Assembly: GCA_041671365.1 (NCBI GenBank)
Contig: JBAZBP010000002.1
Span: forward strand, 65,052-129,051
Origin: Patescibacteria group bacterium
GTDB taxonomy: Bacteria > Patescibacteriota > Patescibacteriia > Patescibacteriales > UBA12465
Length of the DNA stretch: 64,000 bases
Reading direction: 5' to 3'
Both the position numbers and the translations under genes were made by a program. The notes under the pieces were generated by a model that worked only from the letters and a program-made list of their open reading frames with translations, had not been told where the DNA came from and did no database searches. Shown in pieces: positions 26,572 through 35,230 of this stretch. Position 1 is the stretch's first letter. Every line of letters starts with the position of its first letter.

Positions 26572-28060
26572 CATTACGAGATTTGGGGCATTCCAAGTCT
26601 CTTTTTGTTTCTAAGATTGGCGATAATTTCGGAGTTTGAAATGTGTAAAAATTAAAAGAGGGCTTTTCCTTAAAAATCGAACTCTGAACTTTGAGTTTAG
26701 TGGCATAATTAGCCTTTTTGTAAAAGTCCGGCAGATCGCACATAAAATCAAAAACTTTATCAAGATTCTTTTTAACGTCAAAACCGTCATCTTTACAGTT
26801 AAGCAGTCTTTCCTGTTTATCGGATAGCATAATTTTCACTTTATCCATTTCTTCCCTGAAATCCTCATCATCTAATAATTCCTTTTTCTTCATCTCAATT
26901 AATTTATCTTTCTCCGCTTTCAGATTTTCCAATTGCGACTTGAGCGAACCAAAATTGCTATGTATTTCATTCTTTCTCTCATCATAAACTTCGATAATCG
27001 CTTTTTTAATGGCCTTAGCCATATAGGGCTGATAACTAATCTTTTTTAAGCCGAGCGAAAAACTATCTTCAACTTCTTTTTTAGTAATTGATTTTAACTG
27101 ACCGCATTTTTTGTTATAGCATTTATAATAAGGGTATTTAATACCCATTTTGCCGGTTGAAAAACAGGCGGTTAGTGGACTGCCGCAATGCGGACAAACC
27201 ACAAAATGCCTTAGAGGAAAACTTTCGTTAACTCGACCTAAAGAAATGCAGTCGCCCTTATCGGCGTTTCTAAATAATTTCTGACACTGCCAAAAAATAC
27301 GCTCATCAATAAATTTTTCATGACTACCGGCGTATTCTTGATTCTTAACTGTCATAATCCCGATATAGAATTTTTCTCGGAGTAATTCATGGAGTGTCTG
27401 CAAAGTTAACTCCCGGCCTTTATGCGTTCTAAACCCTTTATCATTTAACATCTTTCTAACTTGTTCGATTTGATATAAGCCGGTCGCAAACCGCTCAAAA
27501 GCTAATTTAATTAAAGGCATACGCACCTTATCAAAGATGATCACAGCCTTATTTTGATTATCTCGGGCGTTTAAATAGCCAAAGGGGGCTTTAAAACACC
27601 AAACCCCTTGTTTTATCCGTTCGTGCATACAAGAGGCGATTCTTTCGCTCCTAACATCATTATCAAATTGAGCCACCGAGGCGACAATCGTGCCGACTAA
27701 TCGACCACTTGGCGTTTCGTCAACCGTTTCCGTCGTCGATATAAACTTAATTTTAAGTTTATAGAGCAACGCCAGAATGCCGGTATAGTCATTAACATTT
27801 CGAGACAAGCGGTCGATTTTATAAACAATCACACAGTCAAGATTCTTGGCATTTTTAACACAATATTTTAGTAATTCTTTTAAACCCGGCCGTTCAATAG
27901 TTTTTGCCGACACACCGTCATCGTGGAATAGTTCGACAATTTCAATATCATGCTTGCCGGCATATTCCAAACAAGCGTTTTTCTGTTGTTCTAAACTAAC
28001 ACCGGATTGAGCCTGATCTTCAGTCGAAACCCGGTAATAGATAATTCCTTTTTTAGTCAT
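26504..28060 (-). CDS. Large serine recombinase / integrase
   Basis: IIYYRVSTEDQ catalytic-Ser region, VYKIDRLSRN, a recombinase domain, a CPHCG...YYKC zinc ribbon and a coiled coil. The last 22-23 codons run antisense through tRNA-Ala. Confidence 0.9.
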   Translation of the reverse strand: MTKKGIIYYRVSTEDQAQSGVSLEQQKNACLEYAGKHDIEIVELFHDDGVSAKTIERPGLKELLKYCVKNAKNLDCVIVYKIDRLSRNVNDYTGILALLYKLKIKFISTTETVDETPSGRLVGTIVASVAQFDNDVRSERIASCMHERIKQGVWCFKAPFGYLNARDNQNKAVIIFDKVRMPLIKLAFERFATGLYQIEQVRKMLNDKGFRTHKGRELTLQTLHELLREKFYIGIMTVKNQEYAGSHEKFIDERIFWQCQKLFRNADKGDCISLGRVNESFPLRHFVVCPHCGSPLTACFSTGKMGIKYPYYKCYNKKCGQLKSITKKEVEDSFSLGLKKISYQPYMAKAIKKAIIEVYDERKNEIHSNFGSLKSQLENLKAEKDKLIEMKKKELLDDEDFREEMDKVKIMLSDKQERLLNCKDDGFDVKKNLDKVFDFMCDLPDFYKKANYATKLKVQSSIFKEKPSFNFYTFQTPKLSPILETKRDLECPKSRNVDPKGFEPLTSCLQSRRSNQLS

Positions 28061-28250
28061 AAATTTAAAATTAATAAAAAGAGAGCAGTAAACTGTTGGA
28101 CACAATTAAGCAAACACTCAATTGAAACAGCTACTGCTCCCTTTATCTCAAAACGACATCTCGCCGTCATTATGACTTGAGTGAGTATTTGCCATATTAA
28201 TTGTGTCCATAAAAGATATTAGCATAAATTCTCTTTTTTACAAGATTAAG

Positions 28251-28403
28251 CTACATTAAGGTCGGATTAATATGGCGTTTATAATACTCAAAAGCCAAAT
28301 AAGCTAATTGATACAAATCACGGCTAACTTCCATTAATTGAGCGTCGGTATATTCCGAAGATTTCGGGCCGACAAGCTCTTTCATTTTTTCTAGTGTTAA
28401 CAT
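28251..28403 (-). CDS. Small ORF (50 aa), paralogue 1
   Basis: My own translation: MLTLEKMKELVGPKSSEYTDAQLMEVSRDLYQLAYLAFEYYKRHINPTLM. It is below the ORF-track cutoff. Confidence 0.4.
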   Translation of the reverse strand: MLTLEKMKELVGPKSSEYTDAQLMEVSRDLYQLAYLAFEYYKRHINPTLM

Positions 28404-28428
28404 ATATTTTATTGATTATTATTTATAT

Positions 28429-28578
28429 TTATTTAAATAAGTTAGGATTTTGTTGATGGATATCAAAGGCGAGATGAGCAAAGGCATAAATATCGTGCCT
28501 TATTTCTTCAAGCTCTTCATCGGAAAACCGCTTAGCACGACTTCCCAGCAGTTTTCGCAGAGCCTCTAAGCTCATCAT
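28429..28578 (-). CDS. Small ORF (49 aa), paralogue 2
   Basis: My own translation: MMSLEALRKLLGSRAKRFSDEELEEIRHDIYAFAHLAFDIHQQNPNLFK. It shares the pattern L..L.G......D..L.E...D.Y..A.LAF with paralogue 1. Confidence 0.4.
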   Translation of the reverse strand: MMSLEALRKLLGSRAKRFSDEELEEIRHDIYAFAHLAFDIHQQNPNLFK

Positions 28579-28633
28579 TCAATTCCGAAAAATGTCTGCA
28601 GAACATTTTAATTAGTGAATTAAAATGTCTTTG

Positions 28634-29488
28634 TTAAAAGACAATATCATCTATATTCAGTTTTGTATTATTCGTTATTTTTTCTGATTTATTATTTTTA
28701 ATAATTTTATCTAATTCTTCGTTGTTTATTTCGTTTATTTTATAAATAGTTTCTTTTATTTGACCTAAGCGGTCGCTATAGAACTCCCGCTCTTTAATCA
28801 GATCTAAAGAATCGGGGCTAAAGAAGTCTAAGAAATTGTCCACCTCGTCCGGGTAGTCGATTATTTCCGGTTGATTAAGGTTTTTTGAATAGAAAAATTT
28901 TCGTTTCTTAAAATATCTCGGATCAAACATTTCTTTACTTAAATATTTAGAGATATAAATACCGATATTTTTGGCGTTATTAATAGGCCTAAAATTAATA
29001 AAACCATTCTTCCAGTATTTGTCGGCAAACCATCGCTCGTATTCTTTCCGCTTATCGCCAGTTTCAAATTCCGGCAGAGGATAATTAGAAACTAAATGAT
29101 AATGAACTCTTTTTGATTGCGACTGAAATTCGGGAACGGCTAAATATTGAAAATCATTTTGGCTATAACTGATCCGCTTAATAAAGCGGTCAAAATATTT
29201 ATTGGCCGTTTTTAAATCCAATATTTCGTCTTTGAATGTCAGCGTCAAAAAAGTTTTGAGTTGCGGATTAGAATTAATTAGGCGAGTTATTTTCTGCCTG
29301 GCTCGCTTAACATTATCTTCTCTAATTTTAATCTGCTCCGATTCTAAACGAATATGCTTAAATTCTGGGCGATGAATTTTCCGATACTGTGGCCAACCGA
29401 CCCAATATGATTTCTCATAGTCAAATATCTCAATAATATTTCCGGACTTGATGATTTTTTTCTTGACCTCGTAAGGTAAACCATCCAT
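28634..29488 (-). CDS. HUH-superfamily rolling-circle replication initiator (two-Tyr type, phiX gpA-like motif III)
   Basis: Motif I FLTLTF, motif II HYHLV (HUH), motif III YISKYLSK (YxxKY). Confidence 0.75.
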   Translation of the reverse strand: MDGLPYEVKKKIIKSGNIIEIFDYEKSYWVGWPQYRKIHRPEFKHIRLESEQIKIREDNVKRARQKITRLINSNPQLKTFLTLTFKDEILDLKTANKYFDRFIKRISYSQNDFQYLAVPEFQSQSKRVHYHLVSNYPLPEFETGDKRKEYERWFADKYWKNGFINFRPINNAKNIGIYISKYLSKEMFDPRYFKKRKFFYSKNLNQPEIIDYPDEVDNFLDFFSPDSLDLIKEREFYSDRLGQIKETIYKINEINNEELDKIIKNNKSEKITNNTKLNIDDIVF

Positions 29489-29588
29489 ACGCTTTTTATT
29501 ATTGTCTTAGATTAATAACTTGTTTTTTCGACTCGTGTAATATGAGTGAATAATCAAGTTATTTATTAAGTTTTTAAAGTGCTAGCTC

Positions 29589-29702
29589 GGGCGTTAGCAG
29601 AACGCCCTCGCTTTTGTTTCTTTACACCTATTCGGCCATTCCGTTTTTCGGCCCGGCTCCCCCACGGGGGATCCGCCGGGTCCGAAAAAAACGGAAAATG
29701 GC
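29589..29702. other. GC-rich hairpins upstream of rep, putative replication origin
   Basis: gggcgtt-agcag-aacgccc (29589-29607) and a long imperfect palindrome at 29635-29702 (gccattccgtttttcggcccgg...ccgggtccgaaaaaaacggaaaatggc). Confidence 0.4.
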
Positions 29703-29796
29703 GAGAAAAGAGGGCGATATAAACAAAAAACCATAAGCTTAGTGTTTATGGTCTTATGATAACGAATTGAGTTGTAGCAATATATACCCGCTAAAA

Positions 29797-30492
29797 TTAT
29801 TTTGCTTGTCCGGTCAATTTCTTTGAATAATCAAGAAGTCTTTTAACAATTTTAGCAATATCTTGATAGCCGAGAATTTTGTCCGGGTATTTCTCGTTAA
29901 TTATTGAGGCTATTTCCTTATCTTTCTTACCGTTTTGGCGTAATTGATATATTTCCAAGTCTCGACCAACATTAACTCGTGGCGAGGCTTTTAGAGGCTT
30001 AGAATCGGATAATCTGACGACCGCCTGTCTTATTTCATTCCAATTTTTTTGTAGTTCAGTAATCGTGGTTTCCGGATTTATGCGAATGACTGTAAATTTT
30101 TCTTTGGGGTTGTTTGGATTTTCGACATTAAAGGGCAAAAGTTCCTCGGATAATCCAGAATAACCAATAATGTCTAGCTGTTCAACAAAATCTTTTAGTG
30201 AAGTTTGATAAGCCGACGACAAATGATATTTTAATCTCAAATCTGAAACGGCTTTATTATAGTTATTCGTAAACTGATGAATCTCATCTAAACTTTTTAT
30301 TTTTATTGTCGTTTTTATAGATTTAGACAAATCATCATACTCTTCCATCCCATCTCCAGCAACATATAATTTAATTATCGGGACATTTTCTCGAATGTAT
30401 TTTATATCATCCCTAAAATTTTCATTAGTCGCATAAATTATATGGAGATTTTGAAAAAGATTGGAGGACATAAAAATTTTATTTTTTACCAT
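29797..30492 (-). CDS. Hypothetical protein with a C-terminal HTH (231 aa)
   Basis: RDLEIYQLRQNGKKDKEIASIINEKYPDKILGYQDIAKIVKRL resembles a LuxR or sigma region-4 HTH. It overlaps the RloB-like gene by 14 nt. Confidence 0.5.
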   Translation of the reverse strand: MVKNKIFMSSNLFQNLHIIYATNENFRDDIKYIRENVPIIKLYVAGDGMEEYDDLSKSIKTTIKIKSLDEIHQFTNNYNKAVSDLRLKYHLSSAYQTSLKDFVEQLDIIGYSGLSEELLPFNVENPNNPKEKFTVIRINPETTITELQKNWNEIRQAVVRLSDSKPLKASPRVNVGRDLEIYQLRQNGKKDKEIASIINEKYPDKILGYQDIAKIVKRLLDYSKKLTGQAK

Positions 30493-31123
30493 CCCTAATT
30501 AACTTATTAATCTCTTCTACCAAAAAATGAATACTAGTCGACGGATTCCCTTTGGTGCTTAAATTTTTTTGCCAATTAATTTTTTTATAATCAGGCACTA
30601 TACCTTTAGCATTTTTAATCGCTTGATCTTGGAAAGGTAGAAGTATTTGAAAAATTTCTTGATTTTTTTGAAATTTACCTAACTTATTTTTCTTAAAGGC
30701 CTCGATAATTTTCTTTTCAATATCATCACCCCTACAAATTTGACAATTAAGTTTTTCAAAATGAAACAAAATCCAAAGCTCAAAACATTCATTCACGTAA
30801 GCAATCTTAATATTATTATCCATGGCATTTTTAATCGCCGATAAAAGCTTCTGGCTATCATTTTTATAAAAATCATCCACATCAAAAATGCACCAAACTT
30901 GATCGCCATCGTCATCGCAAACTTTTTCTTTCTTCCACTCTACAATTTTTCCTAATAATTCTTGCGGGGTCCAACAAATTTCTTTTCTTGGCATTAATAA
31001 AGGCGTTTCCAAATAATTTTTGAACTCTTGGAAATATTCTATCTCTGCCTTCTCTGTATGCGACCATACAAAAATCTTCGGATGAGCTTCTCGGTGTTTA
31101 GTTTTGCCTCTATACTTTGCCAT
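30479..31123 (-). CDS. RloB-like (AbiLii-like) protein
   Basis: IFVWSHTEKAEIEYF is comparable to the RloB motif vCEGekTEp.YF. It also has an IFDVDDF acidic motif. Confidence 0.65.
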   Translation of the reverse strand: MAKYRGKTKHREAHPKIFVWSHTEKAEIEYFQEFKNYLETPLLMPRKEICWTPQELLGKIVEWKKEKVCDDDGDQVWCIFDVDDFYKNDSQKLLSAIKNAMDNNIKIAYVNECFELWILFHFEKLNCQICRGDDIEKKIIEAFKKNKLGKFQKNQEIFQILLPFQDQAIKNAKGIVPDYKKINWQKNLSTKGNPSTSIHFLVEEINKLIRDGKK

Positions 31124-31124
31124 A

Positions 31125-32423
31125 TTATTTTGAAAATTTTAAGTCTTCAAAATCGGAAATATACGGCAGAGCATTATATCTTCCCTCTAAATATCTTTTA
31201 GCAAAATCCACTCCTTTTCTTTCAGAGATATCTGATAACGAGAACAATTCTGTCGCCCCCTTTTCATTTTTATCCGTAAAATAAATTTGATCTCGGCGGA
31301 GGAAATCATCACTCATAAGAGAAGTATCATGGGTAGCAAAAATTAACTGAGCATTATTTGGATTCTTGTCCTTCGAATTAAAAATTGAAATTAAGTACTG
31401 ACAAAGTATCGGATGGAGACTTGCATCAATTTCATCAATAAATAGAATTTTCCCATTATCCAGTGTATCAATTAACGGAGCGGACAAAGCAAACATATGC
31501 TGAGTACCGTTCGATTCTTCATTAAAAAAATCAAACGGCTCACTCTTTAATTCTTCTTCATTATTGCCAAATTTTTTATGTAAAAACCTAATACTACGTT
31601 CGGCTATTTTGGAATCTTCTTTAAAAAACAACTCCTTAAATTTATCCGGCATACTCTGAACCTGCTTAGCAGAAATCATTTTTTCACTAGCTTCAATATT
31701 CATTACACCGAAATCAGCTTTAACAATAAAATCTTTCATTTTTTTAGCCATACTGGGGTTATTCAAAAATTGACCGAATGAGTAATTCAAAGTATCGCCG
31801 CTATTTGCATCCAGTATTAAATTTGTATTCTTCACAAATTCAACAATTTTTTTGGATATTGGCTGATTATTACTGGAAAGGACTGACAAAAACAAAACTC
31901 GCTCGCCAGTATTATTTTTTAAAGCCGCTGATGCCTCTTGAAAATAATTCTTATTACTTTCAATTTTTTGACCCTCCCTCATAAATAAGGTTTTCTTTCC
32001 CTTTTCTTGCTTTAACCATTCCGTGCATATTTTTTTCTTGTCCATTTCAAATCCATAACTAAAAACTTCTCCATCAAGTAAAAAGGTCATTTCAAAAAAC
32101 GAAGGCTTGTTTTCAGTTTCTGAACTTAGCTTAAAATATTCATTGGGCAAATCAACTGCGACATTACTTCGGAGCAATGACTCTAAAACCATCATACGAA
32201 AAACAAAAAAAGACTTAAGAATATTACTCTTGCCGGAGGCATTCGGACCATAAATAGCCACTGATTTTAACAATGATTTTTTACCACTTTCAAAAACTGC
32301 ATTTGATTTCATTGTTTCATCACTTGTCGCACATAAATCAAGTATAACTTCATCTTTAATTGAACGAAAATTTTTAACTTTGAAAGTTAACAACATATTT
32401 TTATATATTGAATTATTATTCAC
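31125..32423 (-). CDS. AAA-family ATPase (AbiLi/RloA-like, SMC-type ABC ATPase fold)
   Basis: Walker A GPNASGKSN, Walker B LFIDEIDASLHP and QLIFATHD. Confidence 0.85.
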   Translation of the reverse strand: MNNNSIYKNMLLTFKVKNFRSIKDEVILDLCATSDETMKSNAVFESGKKSLLKSVAIYGPNASGKSNILKSFFVFRMMVLESLLRSNVAVDLPNEYFKLSSETENKPSFFEMTFLLDGEVFSYGFEMDKKKICTEWLKQEKGKKTLFMREGQKIESNKNYFQEASAALKNNTGERVLFLSVLSSNNQPISKKIVEFVKNTNLILDANSGDTLNYSFGQFLNNPSMAKKMKDFIVKADFGVMNIEASEKMISAKQVQSMPDKFKELFFKEDSKIAERSIRFLHKKFGNNEEELKSEPFDFFNEESNGTQHMFALSAPLIDTLDNGKILFIDEIDASLHPILCQYLISIFNSKDKNPNNAQLIFATHDTSLMSDDFLRRDQIYFTDKNEKGATELFSLSDISERKGVDFAKRYLEGRYNALPYISDFEDLKFSK

Positions 32424-32564
32424 AATTCAATATTAGCAAACTATTTTCCAAAAGTCAAGACTTTATGACAAATATTGTCAAAATATATATAAAAATGGAA
32501 ATATTTATCTAATTTTACCAATTTTTTGCTTAAATACTGAACATTATGACTATTAAGCCATTTT

Positions 32565-32598
32565 AAATAAAAAAGAGGGTCCTTTAATAGCGACCCTC
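32565..32598 (-). terminator. Terminator after the 329-aa orphan gene
   Basis: gagggtc...gaccctc hairpin followed by a U-run in the minus sense. Confidence 0.6.
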
Positions 32599-32622
32599 AA
32601 AAATACTTTCAATTATTTGAAC

Positions 32623-33612
32623 CTACAACACGGAAACATTTTTGTCCGGTACAAAACTGGCACGGCACTCAGGTTTCTCGTTCCACATTTTAATCACATT
32701 CTTAACAAGATTGCGGAGTTGAGGCAAAGTACCATTCATTCCCAAGACATACATCATTTTAGCTCCGGGGCGAAGTTGAAAACTCATCCAACTCATGGCA
32801 TCCTCAAGCATAACTCGATCATATCCGCACATTTCAGCACAAAGAACTTTAACCGAATCAAATAGTCCAGATGCACCACGATTATTACCTTGGTCCAGAA
32901 CATCTTTCATACCGTTAAAATAAACATCTTCCTGGAATAGCTGGCAAAGCTCGTCTAACCGACCACCGATAATCATGATATCACGATTATTGTCAAAGAA
33001 TGCTTGCATAAATGTTTTACTATCCAAGCAAAGGTTCTCTTGAATACAAGATTGACTACTAAGTTCTTTGAAACCACAATCTGGTTTAAGATAAATAATA
33101 ATGTGTACTGAACGGTCGCATAATTCTCCAAATCTTTCAGACATGTTGTCGTTTTTGGTATCTTTATGCCACGCTTCAACTGTAGCCCAAACTAAAAACT
33201 CGACTTCATCCCAAATAGGATTGGAATAACTTGTTTTGTCTCTGGTTTTCCAAAGTACTGCGTTGCCATAAATATTACCGCCAATTGCACTTCTCTCATG
33301 GTCATTACGTGGCCAATCTACACGATTAATAATTTTGCCTTTACCATTAACGGCAAAAAGATACTCGCCACGTCGCATTATTTGATCTTTGCGATTCCCT
33401 TTCATCTGAAAAATACAGGAACCGTCGCCAAGACCAGAATTTTCGGCCCGGCGATACATTAGATCTCCGTCAGCTTTTTCGACACGAATGGTTAAGTCGT
33501 CGACATTCGAACCACCATCACCGTCGAATGGTTCCATTTTTGACAATAACACATCCGACACAAAAGGATACTGTTTCAGTAATCCTTGATTCTTAGATGA
33601 ATTTGCTTTCAT
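32623..33612 (-). CDS. Hypothetical protein (329 aa), rich in Cys, Trp and Met
   Basis: Long ORF whose composition differs from its neighbours. I recognised no motif. Confidence 0.6.
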   Translation of the reverse strand: MKANSSKNQGLLKQYPFVSDVLLSKMEPFDGDGGSNVDDLTIRVEKADGDLMYRRAENSGLGDGSCIFQMKGNRKDQIMRRGEYLFAVNGKGKIINRVDWPRNDHERSAIGGNIYGNAVLWKTRDKTSYSNPIWDEVEFLVWATVEAWHKDTKNDNMSERFGELCDRSVHIIIYLKPDCGFKELSSQSCIQENLCLDSKTFMQAFFDNNRDIMIIGGRLDELCQLFQEDVYFNGMKDVLDQGNNRGASGLFDSVKVLCAEMCGYDRVMLEDAMSWMSFQLRPGAKMMYVLGMNGTLPQLRNLVKNVIKMWNEKPECRASFVPDKNVSVL

Positions 33613-33734
33613 TTTTTGTTTCTCCTATGTTCTATAGTTTTTAAAGAACCAGCGTTCCGCTAGCCCGCAAGCACCTTGCTCACGTTAAAAACGTTATCAT
33701 ACTTCACTCTTTATGTCAAGATTTAAAAACTCCG

Positions 33735-33776
33735 TCCAATACTTAATTTCCTCAATAATTTCGTCTAAAGAGTTGG
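33735..33776. repeat. Direct repeat, left copy, flanking the TA module
   Basis: tccaatacttaatttcctcaataatttcgtctaaagagttgg compared with tccaaataatttcctcaataattgagtccaaagagatgg at 35231-35269. Confidence 0.7.
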
Positions 33777-33802
33777 AAATCCGTTTTTTAACGACCACTA
33801 AT

Positions 33803-33835
33803 AAAAACAACCTAAACTGCTTTAGGTTGTTTTTA
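33803..33835. terminator. Bidirectional terminator
   Basis: acaacctaaa-ctgc-tttaggttgt flanked by A- and T-runs. Confidence 0.7.
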
Positions 33836-33943
33836 TTTATTTTGATTTGCCTAAGAGATTCGACAGCTCGCCTCGCTGCGCTACGGCGAAGCGGGCCGAA
33901 GGCCTTGATAATAATATGTTACCAAATCTATTTATGTAGATAA

Positions 33944-34297
33944 TCATATATCAAAATGCTTTTTTAAATAATCTTTAATTTTTATTACTACCTCTTTATT
34001 AATTTTTCCTATTACTTTCTCAAATCTCGCATAATCGAAAGACGTTACGCAATATACTTTAGCTAATGAATCAGACATTAAATTATTTTCTTTGCAAGCT
34101 TCCACTAAAATATCATCGGGCATACGATTGTCTTTTTGCGAGGTAAGAGGAATTATAGTAATCAAATTCGTCTTTTTTAATTGTTCATCTGATTGCACGA
34201 CAATTGCCGGTCTTTTACTTTGATATTCGTGCCCAACACTAGGATCAAATTCAACCCAAACAACATCGCCGAAGCTAATCTCGCCTTTCGTCATCAT
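33944..34297 (-). CDS. MazF/PemK-family toxin (endoribonuclease)
   Basis: GDVVWVEFDPSVGHEYQSKRPAIVVQSD and IIPLTSQ. Confidence 0.85.
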   Translation of the reverse strand: MMTKGEISFGDVVWVEFDPSVGHEYQSKRPAIVVQSDEQLKKTNLITIIPLTSQKDNRMPDDILVEACKENNLMSDSLAKVYCVTSFDYARFEKVIGKINKEVVIKIKDYLKKHFDI

Positions 34298-35139
34298 AGA
34301 TTTTCGTAATAATCGTATTCCGTTTTAGAAATAGAGCCTAATTGATTTAATATGTCTTTAGCTCCTGTTATTTTAAAACATCGCAAATCATCAATGCCTC
34401 TTTTGGCATAAGGCGTTTGACGTTCAAAGACAAGGTTATACGGAATGACTTCTTTGTCGCCGGTTAATTGCCAAGGGGCATCGCCATGCGAATATTCTTC
34501 TATCTGAGCAGCAGACATATTAGAAAGAGATCCTATAACATCATCAATAATTTTTGTTTCCTTAGGGCGCAAAGAGTCAATATTATGCCCAATTAAATTA
34601 ATATAGCGTTTTATTTTTAAACCGAAATAATCAGAAATAATAATTTTGAGTTCTTGATTAGACTTCATCGCTTCGATAACCGGTAAATATTGCATGGCTG
34701 CTGGTGCCGGGCCATATTGCAGATGAATATAGTCTAAACCGGAGATTGATTGATTATTGATTTCAAAATTATCAAAATCAATAAAATATAATAATTTATA
34801 CAACACGGTTTCTCCGACGTTTGGTTTACCGGCACATTTTTCTAAAATATACAAAATAACATTTTTTAATTTTTTTGGATCAAAATTATTAACTTTTTTT
34901 TGATTCTTAGTCAATTCAATATTCGGCAACTCATCTTCAATTAAAAAATAATCAGTTTTCAATTTAAATACTTCAGCTATTTTGGCCAACTCTAAAAAAT
35001 CAACGTTTCTATTGCCTTGCTCGATTTGTGATATAGCGACTCTTGATAGGCCGATTTTTTGAGCTAAATCTTCTTGGCTCATGTCATCAAACTCTCTTAA
35101 AGCCTTAATTTTATTGCCCAAAGATTGTTTATTAATCAT
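34294..35139 (-). CDS. XRE-HTH plus DUF4065 (Panacea/SocA-like) antitoxin
   Basis: N-terminal LGNKIKALREFDDMSQEDLAQKIGLSRVAISQIEQG, followed by LYILEKCAGKPNVGETVLYKLLYFIDF. It overlaps the toxin gene by 4 nt. Confidence 0.8.
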   Translation of the reverse strand: MINKQSLGNKIKALREFDDMSQEDLAQKIGLSRVAISQIEQGNRNVDFLELAKIAEVFKLKTDYFLIEDELPNIELTKNQKKVNNFDPKKLKNVILYILEKCAGKPNVGETVLYKLLYFIDFDNFEINNQSISGLDYIHLQYGPAPAAMQYLPVIEAMKSNQELKIIISDYFGLKIKRYINLIGHNIDSLRPKETKIIDDVIGSLSNMSAAQIEEYSHGDAPWQLTGDKEVIPYNLVFERQTPYAKRGIDDLRCFKITGAKDILNQLGSISKTEYDYYENL

Positions 35140-35230
35140 AAGATTGATATAAAATATTAACTATTTATAGTATACTCAATGAAATAAAATCTGTCAATAT
35201 ACTATATTTTGATAGAATAATTGACAATAT

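Noticed and set aside
32617-33943. Plus-strand ORFs 32617..32865 and 33713..33943, and the minus-strand ORF 32973..33179.
   Set aside because: They overlap the 329-aa minus-strand gene or the repeat/terminator-containing intergenic region. They have no SD and implausible composition.
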